Shown: positions 1 to 9,564, counted from the stretch's first letter. The stretch: DNA of 64,000 nucleotides from an uncultured Candidatus Rokubacteria bacterium (GCA_963805625.1 CAWDVE010000021.1:338024-402023); one strand, 5' to 3'. Program-made: numbers and translations. The notes: generated by a model not told the origin, from the letters alone.

Positions 1-711
1 GCCGAGCGCCGCGGCGGACCAGCGCGATCGGTCCAACCCGCGGTCCCCGCGAAGCGAGAGGCGTCGCGCGTACGGGTAGACGCGCCCGCGCAGGTCGAGC
101 ACGGCGTACTCGTCCGAGTAGTACGTCGCCCCCGCCCGGACCAGGTCTGCGACGAGCCTGCTCTTGCCGCTCATGCTGGGTCCGGGCAGGAGGATCGCCC
201 GCCCGCGCCAGCCCACAACGCCGGCATGCACGAAGACGCGCCGCGGCGCTCGCTCGGCGACGTAGAGTTGGAGGTCGGACTCGAGGCTGTCAAGGATGCC
301 TTCCAGGGTCCGGTCCCGGGTCACGGGCGCCGTGTCACCCCAGAGGCGATGCCACCCCTCGCGGCGCGGCACGACCAGCGAGTACAGGCGATCGACGATC
401 CGCGCGTCGGCCAGGCGCCAGCCGGGCGGTAGCCGGTCGCGCAGCGACGCCAAGACCGACAGTTCGTTCGCACGGACCCCGATCCGCAGCCCGTAGGCCG
501 TGATGGCGAAACCCAGCCGACACGCGGGCGGCCCCCAGCGTCCCGAACGTGGAGTCCCGGGCTTCGGGGCGACGCAGAGATCCTTGAGCCCGCGGCCGAT
601 ACGGGGAAGCTCCGCGGCCAGGCAGACGATCGAGGCGAACCCCCTGCCCTGGCGGACGGCAAGGCAGGGTCCGGAACACGATGCCGGCGCAGGCGCCGGC
701 TGACCCCTCAC
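1..711 (-). CDS. HPr kinase-related (HprK-like) P-loop kinase, 3' end off-window
   Basis: Not in ORF track. Manual translation is open from GTG 711 (GTGA overlap with the upstream stop): ...LESDLQLYVAERAPRRVFVHAGVVGWRGRAILLPGPSMSGKSRLVADLVRAGATYYSDEYAVLD... (HAG motif, Walker A GxSxSGKS, SDE motif). Confidence 0.8.
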   Translation of the reverse strand, partial: MRGQPAPAPASCSGPCLAVRQGRGFASIVCLAAELPRIGRGLKDLCVAPKPGTPRSGRWGPPACRLGFAITAYGLRIGVRANELSVLASLRDRLPPGWRLADARIVDRLYSLVVPRREGWHRLWGDTAPVTRDRTLEGILDSLESDLQLYVAERAPRRVFVHAGVVGWRGRAILLPGPSMSGKSRLVADLVRAGATYYSDEYAVLDLRGRVYPYARRLSLRGDRGLDRSRWSAAALG

Positions 712-2264
712 GTCCCTGGCGGGTGGGCCCGCGGGCTCTCGATGATCGGCGCGACGCCGGCCAGCGCGAGGACGTTCCGCGCCCCGATTCCGATCGTCGA
801 GGCGACCCGGCCCTCAGCGTCTATCAGCACGGCCGACGGCGTTGCGCGGGCCTCGAAGACCTTGCTCACCTTCAAGCCCTCGTCGAGGACGACGGTCGAG
901 CGGAAGCCCAGAGCGCGGTTTGCCTCGACCGATCCCGAGGAGACCACGAGCAGACGGGGGGCGCCGCGGGGGGGCTCGGCCTCCCACCGGTGAAGATCCT
1001 CGGCCATCCGCTGGCAATACGAGCAGTCCGGATGCCAGAAGACGAGAAGGGTGTCCCGTCCGCGGTAGTTGCGGAGGTCGATCATCCGGTTGTCGAGGTC
1101 GGGAAGCGTGAATGGCGGCGCGAGCTGGCCGGGGCGGGGCGGCCCTCCGGCCAGCACCGGCAGCGATCCGTGGCTCTCCCGGCCGTTCGTCCGCGCCGGG
1201 AACGGGGCACCAGGTGAGGCGACGGCGTGGGCAACAAGGGCGCGGATGGCAGCGTCCCCGAAGACGACCGGGCCTGCGATCCGCCCGGTTCGCCCGATGA
1301 GGACCGCGCCGGGAGTCCACTGGGCGCCGTAGGCGTCGGCAACTTCACTCCGCGCCTGGAGGAGCATGGCCTCGGACGACATCCCACCGAACTTTGTCCG
1401 GTTCTCGTCGGTACTCCCGGTCGTGACCAGCGCCAGCGTGAACGCCTCCGCGTGCTCGCGCTGCCAGCGGGCGATCTCGGGCGCGAGGGCAGTGCAGGGA
1501 TCACAGGCCGGCCCCACGAAGAGAAGCAGGACCGGCCGGCCAAGTCCAAGGAGGGTGCCGAGCGAGCGTGTCTCACCGTCGCCAGCGGGCAGGGAGAAGG
1601 CCGGCGCCAGCGCGCCCACCGGGAGGGCACCCACCGTGAGGCCCGTGTCGAGTTGTCTGCCCTCACTGGGCGCGCCGATTCCCTGTTCCACCCGTGCCTC
1701 GATCGCGTCGAGCCGGGTCAGGACCCGCGCCTGCTGGATGAGCAGGCGCAGCACCATCCCGACGACCGTGCCAAGAACCGCCAGCGCGGCGAGGCCCAGG
1801 ACGGCCAGGGTGCGCTCGGCGGGCGGCAGCGCACCGAGCCAGCCCACGACGCTCAGCCCGGAGTCGTTCCATCCGGCACCGACAACGAACACGGCCAGCG
1901 CGCCAAGAACAACGTTCCGGAGCAAGGTCGGCCAGCCCACTGGGGCCGAGCGCAGCTGGCCAAAGCAGCGGCACTCGGGCCGCTGGCCCCGCGCGAGACT
2001 CAGCGCAATGGCGATCGTGAACGCCACGAGAAGGCCGAGGGCCCCGAGCCCACCCCACCACGCGGAGGTGCGCGGAACAAGGGCGGTGGCGACAGACAGC
2101 TCTGCGGCCGGGAGAGCCACCGCGAGGGGTCCCACGAGCCAGGCGGGCAACCCGAATCCGGCAAGGCCCTCGCGGGCGCCGGTCCGGTCCAGGAGCTTGG
2201 TGACGCCGGCAACCGTGAACACGCCGGCGAGCGCGAGTCGGGCACTGAGGAGGACCGCGTCCAT
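708..2264 (-). CDS. MauE/DoxX membrane domain fused to two TlpA/MauD-like thioredoxin domains
   Basis: N-terminal TM helices with CRCFG (MauE-type); APAFSLP...LLFVGPACDPC and APPFTLPDL...FWHPDCSYC CxxC domains. Confidence 0.85.
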   Translation of the reverse strand: MDAVLLSARLALAGVFTVAGVTKLLDRTGAREGLAGFGLPAWLVGPLAVALPAAELSVATALVPRTSAWWGGLGALGLLVAFTIAIALSLARGQRPECRCFGQLRSAPVGWPTLLRNVVLGALAVFVVGAGWNDSGLSVVGWLGALPPAERTLAVLGLAALAVLGTVVGMVLRLLIQQARVLTRLDAIEARVEQGIGAPSEGRQLDTGLTVGALPVGALAPAFSLPAGDGETRSLGTLLGLGRPVLLLFVGPACDPCTALAPEIARWQREHAEAFTLALVTTGSTDENRTKFGGMSSEAMLLQARSEVADAYGAQWTPGAVLIGRTGRIAGPVVFGDAAIRALVAHAVASPGAPFPARTNGRESHGSLPVLAGGPPRPGQLAPPFTLPDLDNRMIDLRNYRGRDTLLVFWHPDCSYCQRMAEDLHRWEAEPPRGAPRLLVVSSGSVEANRALGFRSTVVLDEGLKVSKVFEARATPSAVLIDAEGRVASTIGIGARNVLALAGVAPIIESPRAHPPGT

Positions 2265-2412
2265 CTGGGACTCTACCTCACACCGATTCCGCTGGGCGCA
2301 AGACCGGGGACCTCTGGCGCGTGGGTGTGACGCAGGGCCTGCCGGGGGACCGGAGCCGCCGATCCCCCGGCCCCCTCAACCCGCTGCCGCTGACCGAACT
2401 CGAGCAGCGCTC

Positions 2413-3126
2413 CTAGCGGCTGCCGACCGTTGGCACTCCCGGCGCTGGCAGCGCGGAACCGGCGCCGCCGGGGCACGGTCCTACACACACACCGGCGGCA
2501 CCACAGCAGGTGTTCACGACGCAGGCCTGGCCGGATGGGCAGCCTGCACTCGCGGTGCACGCCGTGAGGCCTGCGCAGGGCGTCGCCCCGTCAACGCAGA
2601 ATCCCGACCCCTCGGAGGTCGTGGCGCACACGCAAGTTCCCCCGGGACCGCACGTCTGGAAGTTCGTGCAGGTTCTCCCTGCGCAGGCCGCCGTGGTCTG
2701 CGCCGCCGCGGGATGGGGCGCGACCACCGAGGTGACGGCGGGGAGGATCAGGGCTCCGGCGGCCACGCTCAGCCCCAACCGCGCTAGCACCTGCCGCCGG
2801 GACACCGCCCGCTGCATCGGCAGCCGCTCCTGGAGCAGCTGTGCCCGGTCCAGCTCGGCGAGGGCGAGCCACACGACCTCCTCGTTGGCCCCGGGCAGCT
2901 CCGGCTGGAGCCGACTCGTGAGCTCCTGGACGCTCGCCCGCCCGTCGCATTCCCGCCACACGAGGAGGGCAGGGCGATTTAGCGCGTGCGCCCGGTGCTG
3001 ATCGAGATCGTAGACCAGCACTTCGTCGGCCACGTCGCGGATGACCAACCCCTCATGTCGGGCCTGCGGTCGGAACGCCGCAGCCGACACCCACCCCCCT
3101 TGCGCCTCGGGTCTCCGTTGCTCCAT
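2413..3126 (-). CDS. PqqD/RRE domain fused to a Tat-like signal and a 14-Cys C-terminal peptide
   Basis: VIRDVADEVLVYDLDQHRAHALNRPALLVWRECDG...LAELDRAQLL (PqqD family); SRRQVL + hydrophobic stretch + AAA|Q; Cys/Thr-rich tail; GGAGG RBS before ATG 3126. Confidence 0.8.
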   Translation of the reverse strand: MEQRRPEAQGGWVSAAAFRPQARHEGLVIRDVADEVLVYDLDQHRAHALNRPALLVWRECDGRASVQELTSRLQPELPGANEEVVWLALAELDRAQLLQERLPMQRAVSRRQVLARLGLSVAAGALILPAVTSVVAPHPAAAQTTAACAGRTCTNFQTCGPGGTCVCATTSEGSGFCVDGATPCAGLTACTASAGCPSGQACVVNTCCGAAGVCVGPCPGGAGSALPAPGVPTVGSR

Positions 3127-3406
3127 CGTCGGCCCCTCCACTTTCGAGTCGGGTTGGCTAGTGGTCGACAAACGCTACCCTTCCTATCACGCGCTCAGGC
3201 CTCAGGTCAACATCTGAAACATCTCTCCGTTGGGCGCTGACGCGTCTGCCCGCGACCCCACGGCCTGCGGATCCGGAGTGTGGCCGTGCGGGAAGGTCGG
3301 GGAAGGGGGCGCGAGTGCTTGAACTTTCTTCTTGCTTTGAGTTCTTCCCTCCTTTTGGGCTCTGCTCTCATCTGAGCAGCTCACGCCAGACGGGCATGAG
3401 CTACTC

Positions 3407-3712
3407 GTCGCGGACCGGCTGAGCGAGGACGAGGTCGCCGAGCGTGCCGGCACCACGGTCGAACGGATCCGGGAGCACGTGTGCCTCGGGCTCCTCGCGC
3501 GCGAGGCCGGCGGGCTCGCCCGCCGTGACGTCATGCGCGCTCGCGTGGTCGCCGAGCTTGAGCGCAAGGGCATCGAGGTCGGCGCGCTCGCCGCTGCGAT
3601 CGCGACTGGCGAGCTCACGCTCGGGTACCTCGAGAGCGCCGGCCGGAGGACACCGCGCTCGGATCGCCCGTTCGAGCAGCTCGCGGCGGAGATGGGGATC
3701 GCGTTCGAAACC
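3407..3712 (+). pseudogene. Remnant of MerR-like N-terminal regulatory region of an adenylate/guanylate cyclase
   Basis: VADRLSEDEVAERAGTTVERIRE...RRDVMRARVVAELERKGI...FEQLAAEMGI; no good start and no catalytic domain follows. Confidence 0.45.
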
Positions 3713-3876
3713 CCGGCATCGAGGCGGTCGCCATCGCAGACCTCACTGGGTACAGTCCCTCGAAGGGTTGGTTGGAGAAATTGGCTTTCGTTAGTCCTTC
3801 TGGATTCCCAGGGGGCGGGTCCCGACGTGACCTGGAGACGGACGCCCAGCGCCGCGCTCAACCTTGGCCCGGCTGC

Positions 3877-5529
3877 TCAGGCGGCGACCTTCATGCGGCA
3901 GAAGCAGGAGGCCCTCACCGGCACCTCTGATCTTGCCAGCGCCAGGTCGAGGCGCTGCTTGATCAGGGCCGCCTCGACCGTCTCGCCGCGCCGGGTCAGG
4001 CATTCGTGCAGTCCGTGCAGGCTCCAGAGATTGTCCGGATGCTGGCAGGCCCGGCTGAGCTTGCCGTCGAGGCCGAGATCCGAGCGATAGATCGCCTCGG
4101 CCTCGGCGACCCGGCCCTGCTCCAGCAACAGCGCGCCGAGCGCGTGCCGGGTCGGTTGCATCCAGCCCCACGGCTCATCGTAGGGCAGCGCATCGTCGAG
4201 CTCGACCGAGCGGCGCAGGTGGCCGAAGGCCACCTCGTAGTTGCCGCGCCGGTACTCGATCTCGCCGTTGAGCATCGCCTCGGCCACCCCAAGCAGGTCC
4301 TGGACGGTGTTGTTGTGCACCCGCCGGCTCTCCGGCACCCGGAGCTTCGCCTCCATGAACGCCGCCTTGGCCGCTTCTGCCTCGGCGATGTGGCCGAGCG
4401 CGGAATGCGCCACCGCCTGGGCGTAGAGCATCATCGCGGTCGTCGAGCAGTAGAGCTCCCGGTCACGGGGCAGCTCCTGCGCGATGATCTCGTGCCACTT
4501 GCCGAAGCGCACCAGCACGTGCTGCTTCATCGGCAGGTAACCCTCGACGAAATCGGCCATCGGCGGCGAGGGGATGCGCAGGAGCTCCTCGGGCGTGGTG
4601 TCGATCAGCTCCTGCGCCGCCTCCATGGCCGGCCCGTACTGGCCGAGGAACATGGCTCCGTAGATGGCGAAGTGGTAGTCGTGGGTGCGGTAGAGCGCAT
4701 AGACGTTCAACGCTCCCTCGCGGGTCAGGAACTTGCGGTCGGCGGCGATCGCCTTCTGGTTGTAGACCAGCACGTCGCGGTAGTGGCCGCAGAGCACGTC
4801 GATGTGGGTGGGCATGTGGATCAGGTGCCCGGCATCCGGCACCAGATCGCGCAGCCGGTCGCCCGCCCGCAGCGCGCGCTGCGGGAAGGGCGACATCTCC
4901 ATCAGGTGGACGTAGAGATGCAGGAGCCCCGGGTGGTCCCACGAGGCGGGGATGTCGCGGAAGGCGCCCTCCAGCACGTCGACCGCCTCCGCCGTGCCGG
5001 CGCCCTCGGCGACACCCCCGGTCTTGAGGTCCCACATCTTCCAGGGCGTCAGGTTCAAGATCGCCTCGGCGAACACGGAGCGCACCTCGAGGTCGTGGCG
5101 GTGGGCGTGGAACACCCGGCGCATGGCGTCCGCATAGGCGGCGTCCCACGGCGACTGGTCCTCGAGGGTCTCGCGCTGCGGATAGCGCGCGGGCAGGGCG
5201 TGGATCAGCGCCTGCTCGACCGCGCTGGCGCCGCCGGCAAGAGCCAGGGCGCCCTGCATCGCGTCGTAGGCGGCGGCGAGCGCGGCCGCCTTGCCGGCCG
5301 GGTCGTAGAGGTGCCAGGGCAGGTTGTAGTTCGGCCCGGCCGCGTAGGAGATCCCCCAGTAGGCCATGGCGCAGGCGGAGTCGCGCTCCAGCGCCTTCCG
5401 GAAGCAGGCGATCGCCTCGGCGTGGTTGAAGCCGAAGAGCCAGTTGAGGCCCCGGTCGAACCAGAGCTGGGCCTCGGGCACGGCGGTGGTGACCTTGCGG
5501 GTGTACGAGCCAAGGTCGTAGTAGTCCAT
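3877..5529 (-). CDS. TPR-repeat protein (MDYYDLG family), function unknown
   Basis: AQLWFDRGLNWLFGFNHAEAIACF, HLYVHLME, GHLIHMPTHID, YDEPWGWMQPTRHALGALL, C-terminal ASCFC. Confidence 0.8.
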   Translation of the reverse strand: MDYYDLGSYTRKVTTAVPEAQLWFDRGLNWLFGFNHAEAIACFRKALERDSACAMAYWGISYAAGPNYNLPWHLYDPAGKAAALAAAYDAMQGALALAGGASAVEQALIHALPARYPQRETLEDQSPWDAAYADAMRRVFHAHRHDLEVRSVFAEAILNLTPWKMWDLKTGGVAEGAGTAEAVDVLEGAFRDIPASWDHPGLLHLYVHLMEMSPFPQRALRAGDRLRDLVPDAGHLIHMPTHIDVLCGHYRDVLVYNQKAIAADRKFLTREGALNVYALYRTHDYHFAIYGAMFLGQYGPAMEAAQELIDTTPEELLRIPSPPMADFVEGYLPMKQHVLVRFGKWHEIIAQELPRDRELYCSTTAMMLYAQAVAHSALGHIAEAEAAKAAFMEAKLRVPESRRVHNNTVQDLLGVAEAMLNGEIEYRRGNYEVAFGHLRRSVELDDALPYDEPWGWMQPTRHALGALLLEQGRVAEAEAIYRSDLGLDGKLSRACQHPDNLWSLHGLHECLTRRGETVEAALIKQRLDLALARSEVPVRASCFCRMKVAA

Positions 5530-5677
5530 GGATCCTCCACTGAGCGAGAGTGGCACCGACGATCCGGTTCCCTGGGGCGTCTGGGCCCGGCCGATTATGA
5601 CACGCGGACCGCGGCGGGCGCACGGGGCGGCCGCAGCTGGTGATGCGGACGTCGGGGAGGACGCCGCGAGGGCATTC

Positions 5678-6523
5678 CTACCCCTTCACGGCCCCGGCGG
5701 TGAGCCCGGACACGTAGTGCTTGACGAAGAACGAGTACAGGATGGCGATCGGGACCGCGCCGAGCACCGCGGAAGCCATCAGCGATCCCCAGAACAGGGT
5801 GTCCGCCTTGATCAGGTCGCTGACCGTCCCGACCGAAATGGTCTTCATCGAACCGGACGACATGAAGATGAGGGCGTAGAGGAATTCGTTCCAGGACAGG
5901 GTGAAGCAGAAGATGCCGGCCGAGAGGACCCCGGGGAGCGCGAGGGGCAGGATGATCCGGAACAGGGTCTGGAGCCGGGTGCAGCCGTCGGCCATCGCGC
6001 TCTCCTCGATCTCCTTCGGGATCGTGCGGAAGTAGCCCATGAGCAGCCACGAGGCGAACGGGATGAGCTGGGTCGGATAGGTGAGGATCAGCGCCCAGTA
6101 GGTATTGTAGAGCCCCAGGCTGGAAATCACCTGTGCCAGGGGCAGGAACAGGAGCGTCGGGGGAACGAGATAGGCGAGGAAGATCCCCACTCCGAGAAAA
6201 TTGCTCCCGGGGAAGCGCAACCGGGCCAGGGCGTAGCCGATCAGGACGCTGCAGACCAGCGAGATGATGGTGGACGCGATCGAGACGATCAGGGTGTTCT
6301 TCACCCAGGACGGGAAGTCGGTGTCGCGAAACAGGTAGAGGTAGTTCTCGAGCGTGAAGTGCTGGATCCAGAATGGATTGTACTTGAGCTCGAACAGGTC
6401 GTTGGTCGGCTTGAAAGAGACGATCGCCATCCAGTAGAAGGGGAACAGGAGGAACGCGACGTAGGCACTCAATGGGAGGTAGATGCTCAGGATGCGACGG
6501 CCGAGGCGATTGCTGCCGACCAA
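5678..6523 (-). CDS. Carbohydrate ABC transporter permease (MalG-like)
   Basis: EESAMADGCT EAA loop; GLTAGAVKG C-terminus. Confidence 0.9.
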   Translation of the reverse strand: MVGSNRLGRRILSIYLPLSAYVAFLLFPFYWMAIVSFKPTNDLFELKYNPFWIQHFTLENYLYLFRDTDFPSWVKNTLIVSIASTIISLVCSVLIGYALARLRFPGSNFLGVGIFLAYLVPPTLLFLPLAQVISSLGLYNTYWALILTYPTQLIPFASWLLMGYFRTIPKEIEESAMADGCTRLQTLFRIILPLALPGVLSAGIFCFTLSWNEFLYALIFMSSGSMKTISVGTVSDLIKADTLFWGSLMASAVLGAVPIAILYSFFVKHYVSGLTAGAVKG

Positions 6524-6524
6524 G

Positions 6525-7469
6525 CTAGTCCTCCTTCCGCAGGTACATCAGGAGCAGCGCGGCGAAGAACGCCAGGATCGGGAACATGTACAGGGCGATC
6601 GCCGCCCCGGTGCCGATCTCGGTTGCCGCCAGCCCGATCTGGTAGGCGTAGGTCCCGAAGATGTGAGTCTGGTTGGCCGGGCCACCCTTGGTCAGGATGT
6701 AGATGAGCTGGAAGTCGGCGAAGGTCCAGATGACTGACAAGAGGCTGGCGATCAGGATCACGCCCTTGATCGCTGGGATAGTGACGTGGCGGAATCGCTC
6801 CCAGGTGCTGGCGCCGTCGATGGCGGCGGCCTCGTGGAGCTCGTTCGGGACCGCCTGGAGACCGGCCAGAATGGTGATACCGAAGAAGGGGACCCCGCGC
6901 CAGATGTTGGCCAGGCAGATCGAGGAGATCGCGAGCAGCGGATCGCCGAGGAAGTTGATGTTCGACCCGATCAGGCCGAGGTGTCGCAGGAGCCAGGAGA
7001 TCGGGCTGAACACCGGGTCGAAGATCATGAACCAGCCGAGCGTGCTGAGCGCGGTCGGGACGATCCACGGCATCATCACCCCGGCTCGGATCACGTTGCT
7101 GAAGCGCATGCCCTGGTTGAGCACCAAGGCCAGCCCGAGGCCCAGGACCGCCTTGAACGGGACGGTAACCAGCGCGTAGACGAAGGTGTTCTTGGTGGTC
7201 TGCAGGAAGATGCTGTCGCCGAGCAGGTCGCCGAAGTTGCGGAGGCCGATGAACTTCCCCATGCGGCCAATCATGCTGTCGGTGAGGGAGAGCCAGATCC
7301 CGAGGAAGAACGGGTACGCCATGAAGACCATCAGGAGCAGCGCCCCGGGGATCATGAGCAGGACGCCGAGGCTCGCCTCGCGGTCCAGGAGGCGCCGGGC
7401 CCGCGACGGTAGACTCGGGCGCGCCCGCACCGCGTCCAGCATGGTCGGGATGTCTCCGGCTCTATTCAC
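6525..7469 (-). CDS. Carbohydrate ABC transporter permease (MalF-like)
   Basis: ELHEAAAIDGASTWERFRHVTIP; LTKGGPAN. Confidence 0.9.
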   Translation of the reverse strand: MNRAGDIPTMLDAVRARPSLPSRARRLLDREASLGVLLMIPGALLLMVFMAYPFFLGIWLSLTDSMIGRMGKFIGLRNFGDLLGDSIFLQTTKNTFVYALVTVPFKAVLGLGLALVLNQGMRFSNVIRAGVMMPWIVPTALSTLGWFMIFDPVFSPISWLLRHLGLIGSNINFLGDPLLAISSICLANIWRGVPFFGITILAGLQAVPNELHEAAAIDGASTWERFRHVTIPAIKGVILIASLLSVIWTFADFQLIYILTKGGPANQTHIFGTYAYQIGLAATEIGTGAAIALYMFPILAFFAALLLMYLRKED

Positions 7470-7481
7470 CTGGACCTCCGA

Positions 7482-7516
7482 GACGAGGGTGCCCGGTCGG
7501 GCCGGACACCCTCGTC
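7482..7516. other. Intercistronic stem-loop between SBP and permease genes
   Basis: GACGAGGGTG-CCCGG...CCGGA-CACCCTCGTC inverted repeat; typical position for an mRNA-stabilising or attenuating hairpin. Confidence 0.55.
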
Positions 7517-7571
7517 CCTCCGTCCCCCGCCGAGTTCGCGGGGGGCACGAGTTCCGCTACGGAGATGATGG

Positions 7572-8903
7572 TCAGCCGTAGATGCGCTGCAACTGATCGG
7601 CTCCCCACTTGATCGCCCCGGCGGCGTCGCTGCTCTGCACCGCGCGGGCGAAGGTATCGACCACGATGTACTTCGACCAGGCGAGCGACGCCTTCTCGTT
7701 CGAGGGGCCTGCGTAACCCTGGTCACGGCCGTACTTGGGCTGCTCCCTGAAGGGCGCCATCTTGACGTCCTTCTCCCACATCGGGTCGGTGTCGTACTTC
7801 ACGACGTGCGGCAGATGGTAGCCTTCCTGGAGCCGCCACCATTCGTCGTACTTCTCGGCGAACCACCACTTGAGGAACTCCTTCGCCGCCTCGACGTTCT
7901 TCGAGTTCTTGAGGATGGCGAAGGTGCGACTGCCGAGCAAGTAGAACCGCCCGGCGGTGCCCTTGGGGATCAGCATGTGGTGGGTGTCCTGGGCGATGTC
8001 CGGCTTGTCCTTCTTGGCCGCGAAGTAGATGCTCGAGCCGTTGTAGGTGCTGGAGATCTGGCCCGACAGATACGCGCGGTTGTTGTTGCTGTCGTCCCAG
8101 GAGGTGCCGGTCTCGTCGTAACCGTCCTTCCACGCCTGGATGAAGCGCTTCATGCCCTCGACGAACTCGGGCTTGTTGAACAGGATATTCTTCTGGTCTT
8201 TGTCCACCTCCATCGCGCCGGTGCTCCACATGTACGGGTAGCAGAATCCCGGCGGATCCCCGGTGCTGTGGCCGAGCGCCTGACCAAAAGGCTTGCCCTT
8301 GGTCTTCAGCGTCTTGGCCACCGCGAAGTACTGCTCCCAGGTCATGTCAATCTTGCGGCCATCATCCGCGTTGGCGACTCCGGCTTCCTTGAACATGCTG
8401 ATCCGGTAGGCCATGGACGCGTTGGACTGTCCGGACGGAATCCCGAGGTACCGGCCAGCGACCCTGGCCGAGTTCAGAACATAGGCCTGATAGCCGCCAC
8501 CGCGCTTGCCGACCTCCTCGGCGAGGTCGGTAACGTCCACCAGGTGGTCGCGATACAGCCAGTTCCACGATGGCCACAACTCGACGATGTCGACGCCGCC
8601 GGCCTGCACTGCCGCCGCGATCTTGGGCTGCAGGTCCGGCCAGTTGAGGAAGTCCGTGTTGATTGTCGCCCCGGCCGCCTGGGCGAACTCCTGGGCCTGA
8701 CGCTTGTAGAGGTCCTGGGCGGGAGCGATGAAATACGTACCCTGAAGGATAGCGAGCTTGGCGCCCCTGGCGCCCGTTGGCGCCTGCGCGCGGACCGGGC
8801 GGGGCCCGAGGCCCACGCTTGCCGCACCGAGCCCGGTCAGACCAGCGGTCTTGAGGAATCGCCGGCGATTCACGCGACGGTTCGTCCACCTGGTGTCCGA
8901 CAT
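7572..8903 (-). CDS. ABC solute-binding protein with Tat signal (carbohydrate class)
   Basis: NRRRFLK Tat motif, VRA|Q cleavage site, GQALGH and WDDSNNNRAYLSG motifs. Confidence 0.9.
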   Translation of the reverse strand: MSDTRWTNRRVNRRRFLKTAGLTGLGAASVGLGPRPVRAQAPTGARGAKLAILQGTYFIAPAQDLYKRQAQEFAQAAGATINTDFLNWPDLQPKIAAAVQAGGVDIVELWPSWNWLYRDHLVDVTDLAEEVGKRGGGYQAYVLNSARVAGRYLGIPSGQSNASMAYRISMFKEAGVANADDGRKIDMTWEQYFAVAKTLKTKGKPFGQALGHSTGDPPGFCYPYMWSTGAMEVDKDQKNILFNKPEFVEGMKRFIQAWKDGYDETGTSWDDSNNNRAYLSGQISSTYNGSSIYFAAKKDKPDIAQDTHHMLIPKGTAGRFYLLGSRTFAILKNSKNVEAAKEFLKWWFAEKYDEWWRLQEGYHLPHVVKYDTDPMWEKDVKMAPFREQPKYGRDQGYAGPSNEKASLAWSKYIVVDTFARAVQSSDAAGAIKWGADQLQRIYG

Positions 8904-9088
8904 TCAGCACCCTCCTCGATATCAGCTGCGAAACCGCCTTGCCGGCGTTCGGCACACGACGTACCACGTCATGAGGCTCGGGCACCTCCTCCCTCGGCTG
9001 CGGGTCAGCGAGCGGCCCCGCCGGCTTTCGGAGTCCTGCGTCGCTGGCAGCGGTACGGTTTAGAGGAAGACCTCCCGTTTCAAGGCCT

Positions 9089-9104
9089 ATCAAGTCGCGT
9101 GCCA
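9089..9104 (-). promoter_or_regulatory. Possible sigma-54 -24/-12 promoter for the ABC operon
   Basis: Minus strand TGGCAC-GCGAC-TTGAT vs consensus TGGCAC-N5-TTGC(A/T). Confidence 0.4.
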
Positions 9105-9564
9105 GGGAGGGAGCCCGGGAACTCCCGCGAGGTCCCTGGCGCTTGGGCATGGCTGGTCGCCGTCGCTGGGACAGTGGTGGGACAGCGAGGCGCCGACGCC
9201 ACACCAGGAGGGTGCCCTCTGCCGATCGCCACCGTGATGACTGCGGCCCACCGAGCCGCATCAGCCAGGACGACTCCGCGGCCTAGATGTCAGGAGGTTG
9301 TTCACGAGCCTCGCCCGGGAGGCTGGTAGTTCCCCGTATCGGTGGCAAGTCCAGCAACGGATCACGGTTCTGGGAACGTGGAGGACCACGGCATGGCGGC
9401 GGCGGGTCGCCACCGCGGGGTTAGCGCGAAGACTGTTCGGCGCCGGCGGGACCGCTGGCAGGCCGGCGGGGTGCCCGGCCTCGTGCCCCGCGCGGAGCTA
9501 GCGCGGCGTCAGACCCAGAATGGTAAGCGCAACTCGGCGGTGAACCCCGAGGAGTAGGTGGGAG

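Noticed and set aside
2413-2697. Cys-rich peptide as methylamine dehydrogenase small subunit (MauA)
   Set aside because: No Trp for TTQ in the core and no mauB/mauG in the window.
9167-9185. TGGGACAG direct repeat as an integrase arm site
   Set aside because: Only two short copies, with no integrase or att core nearby.
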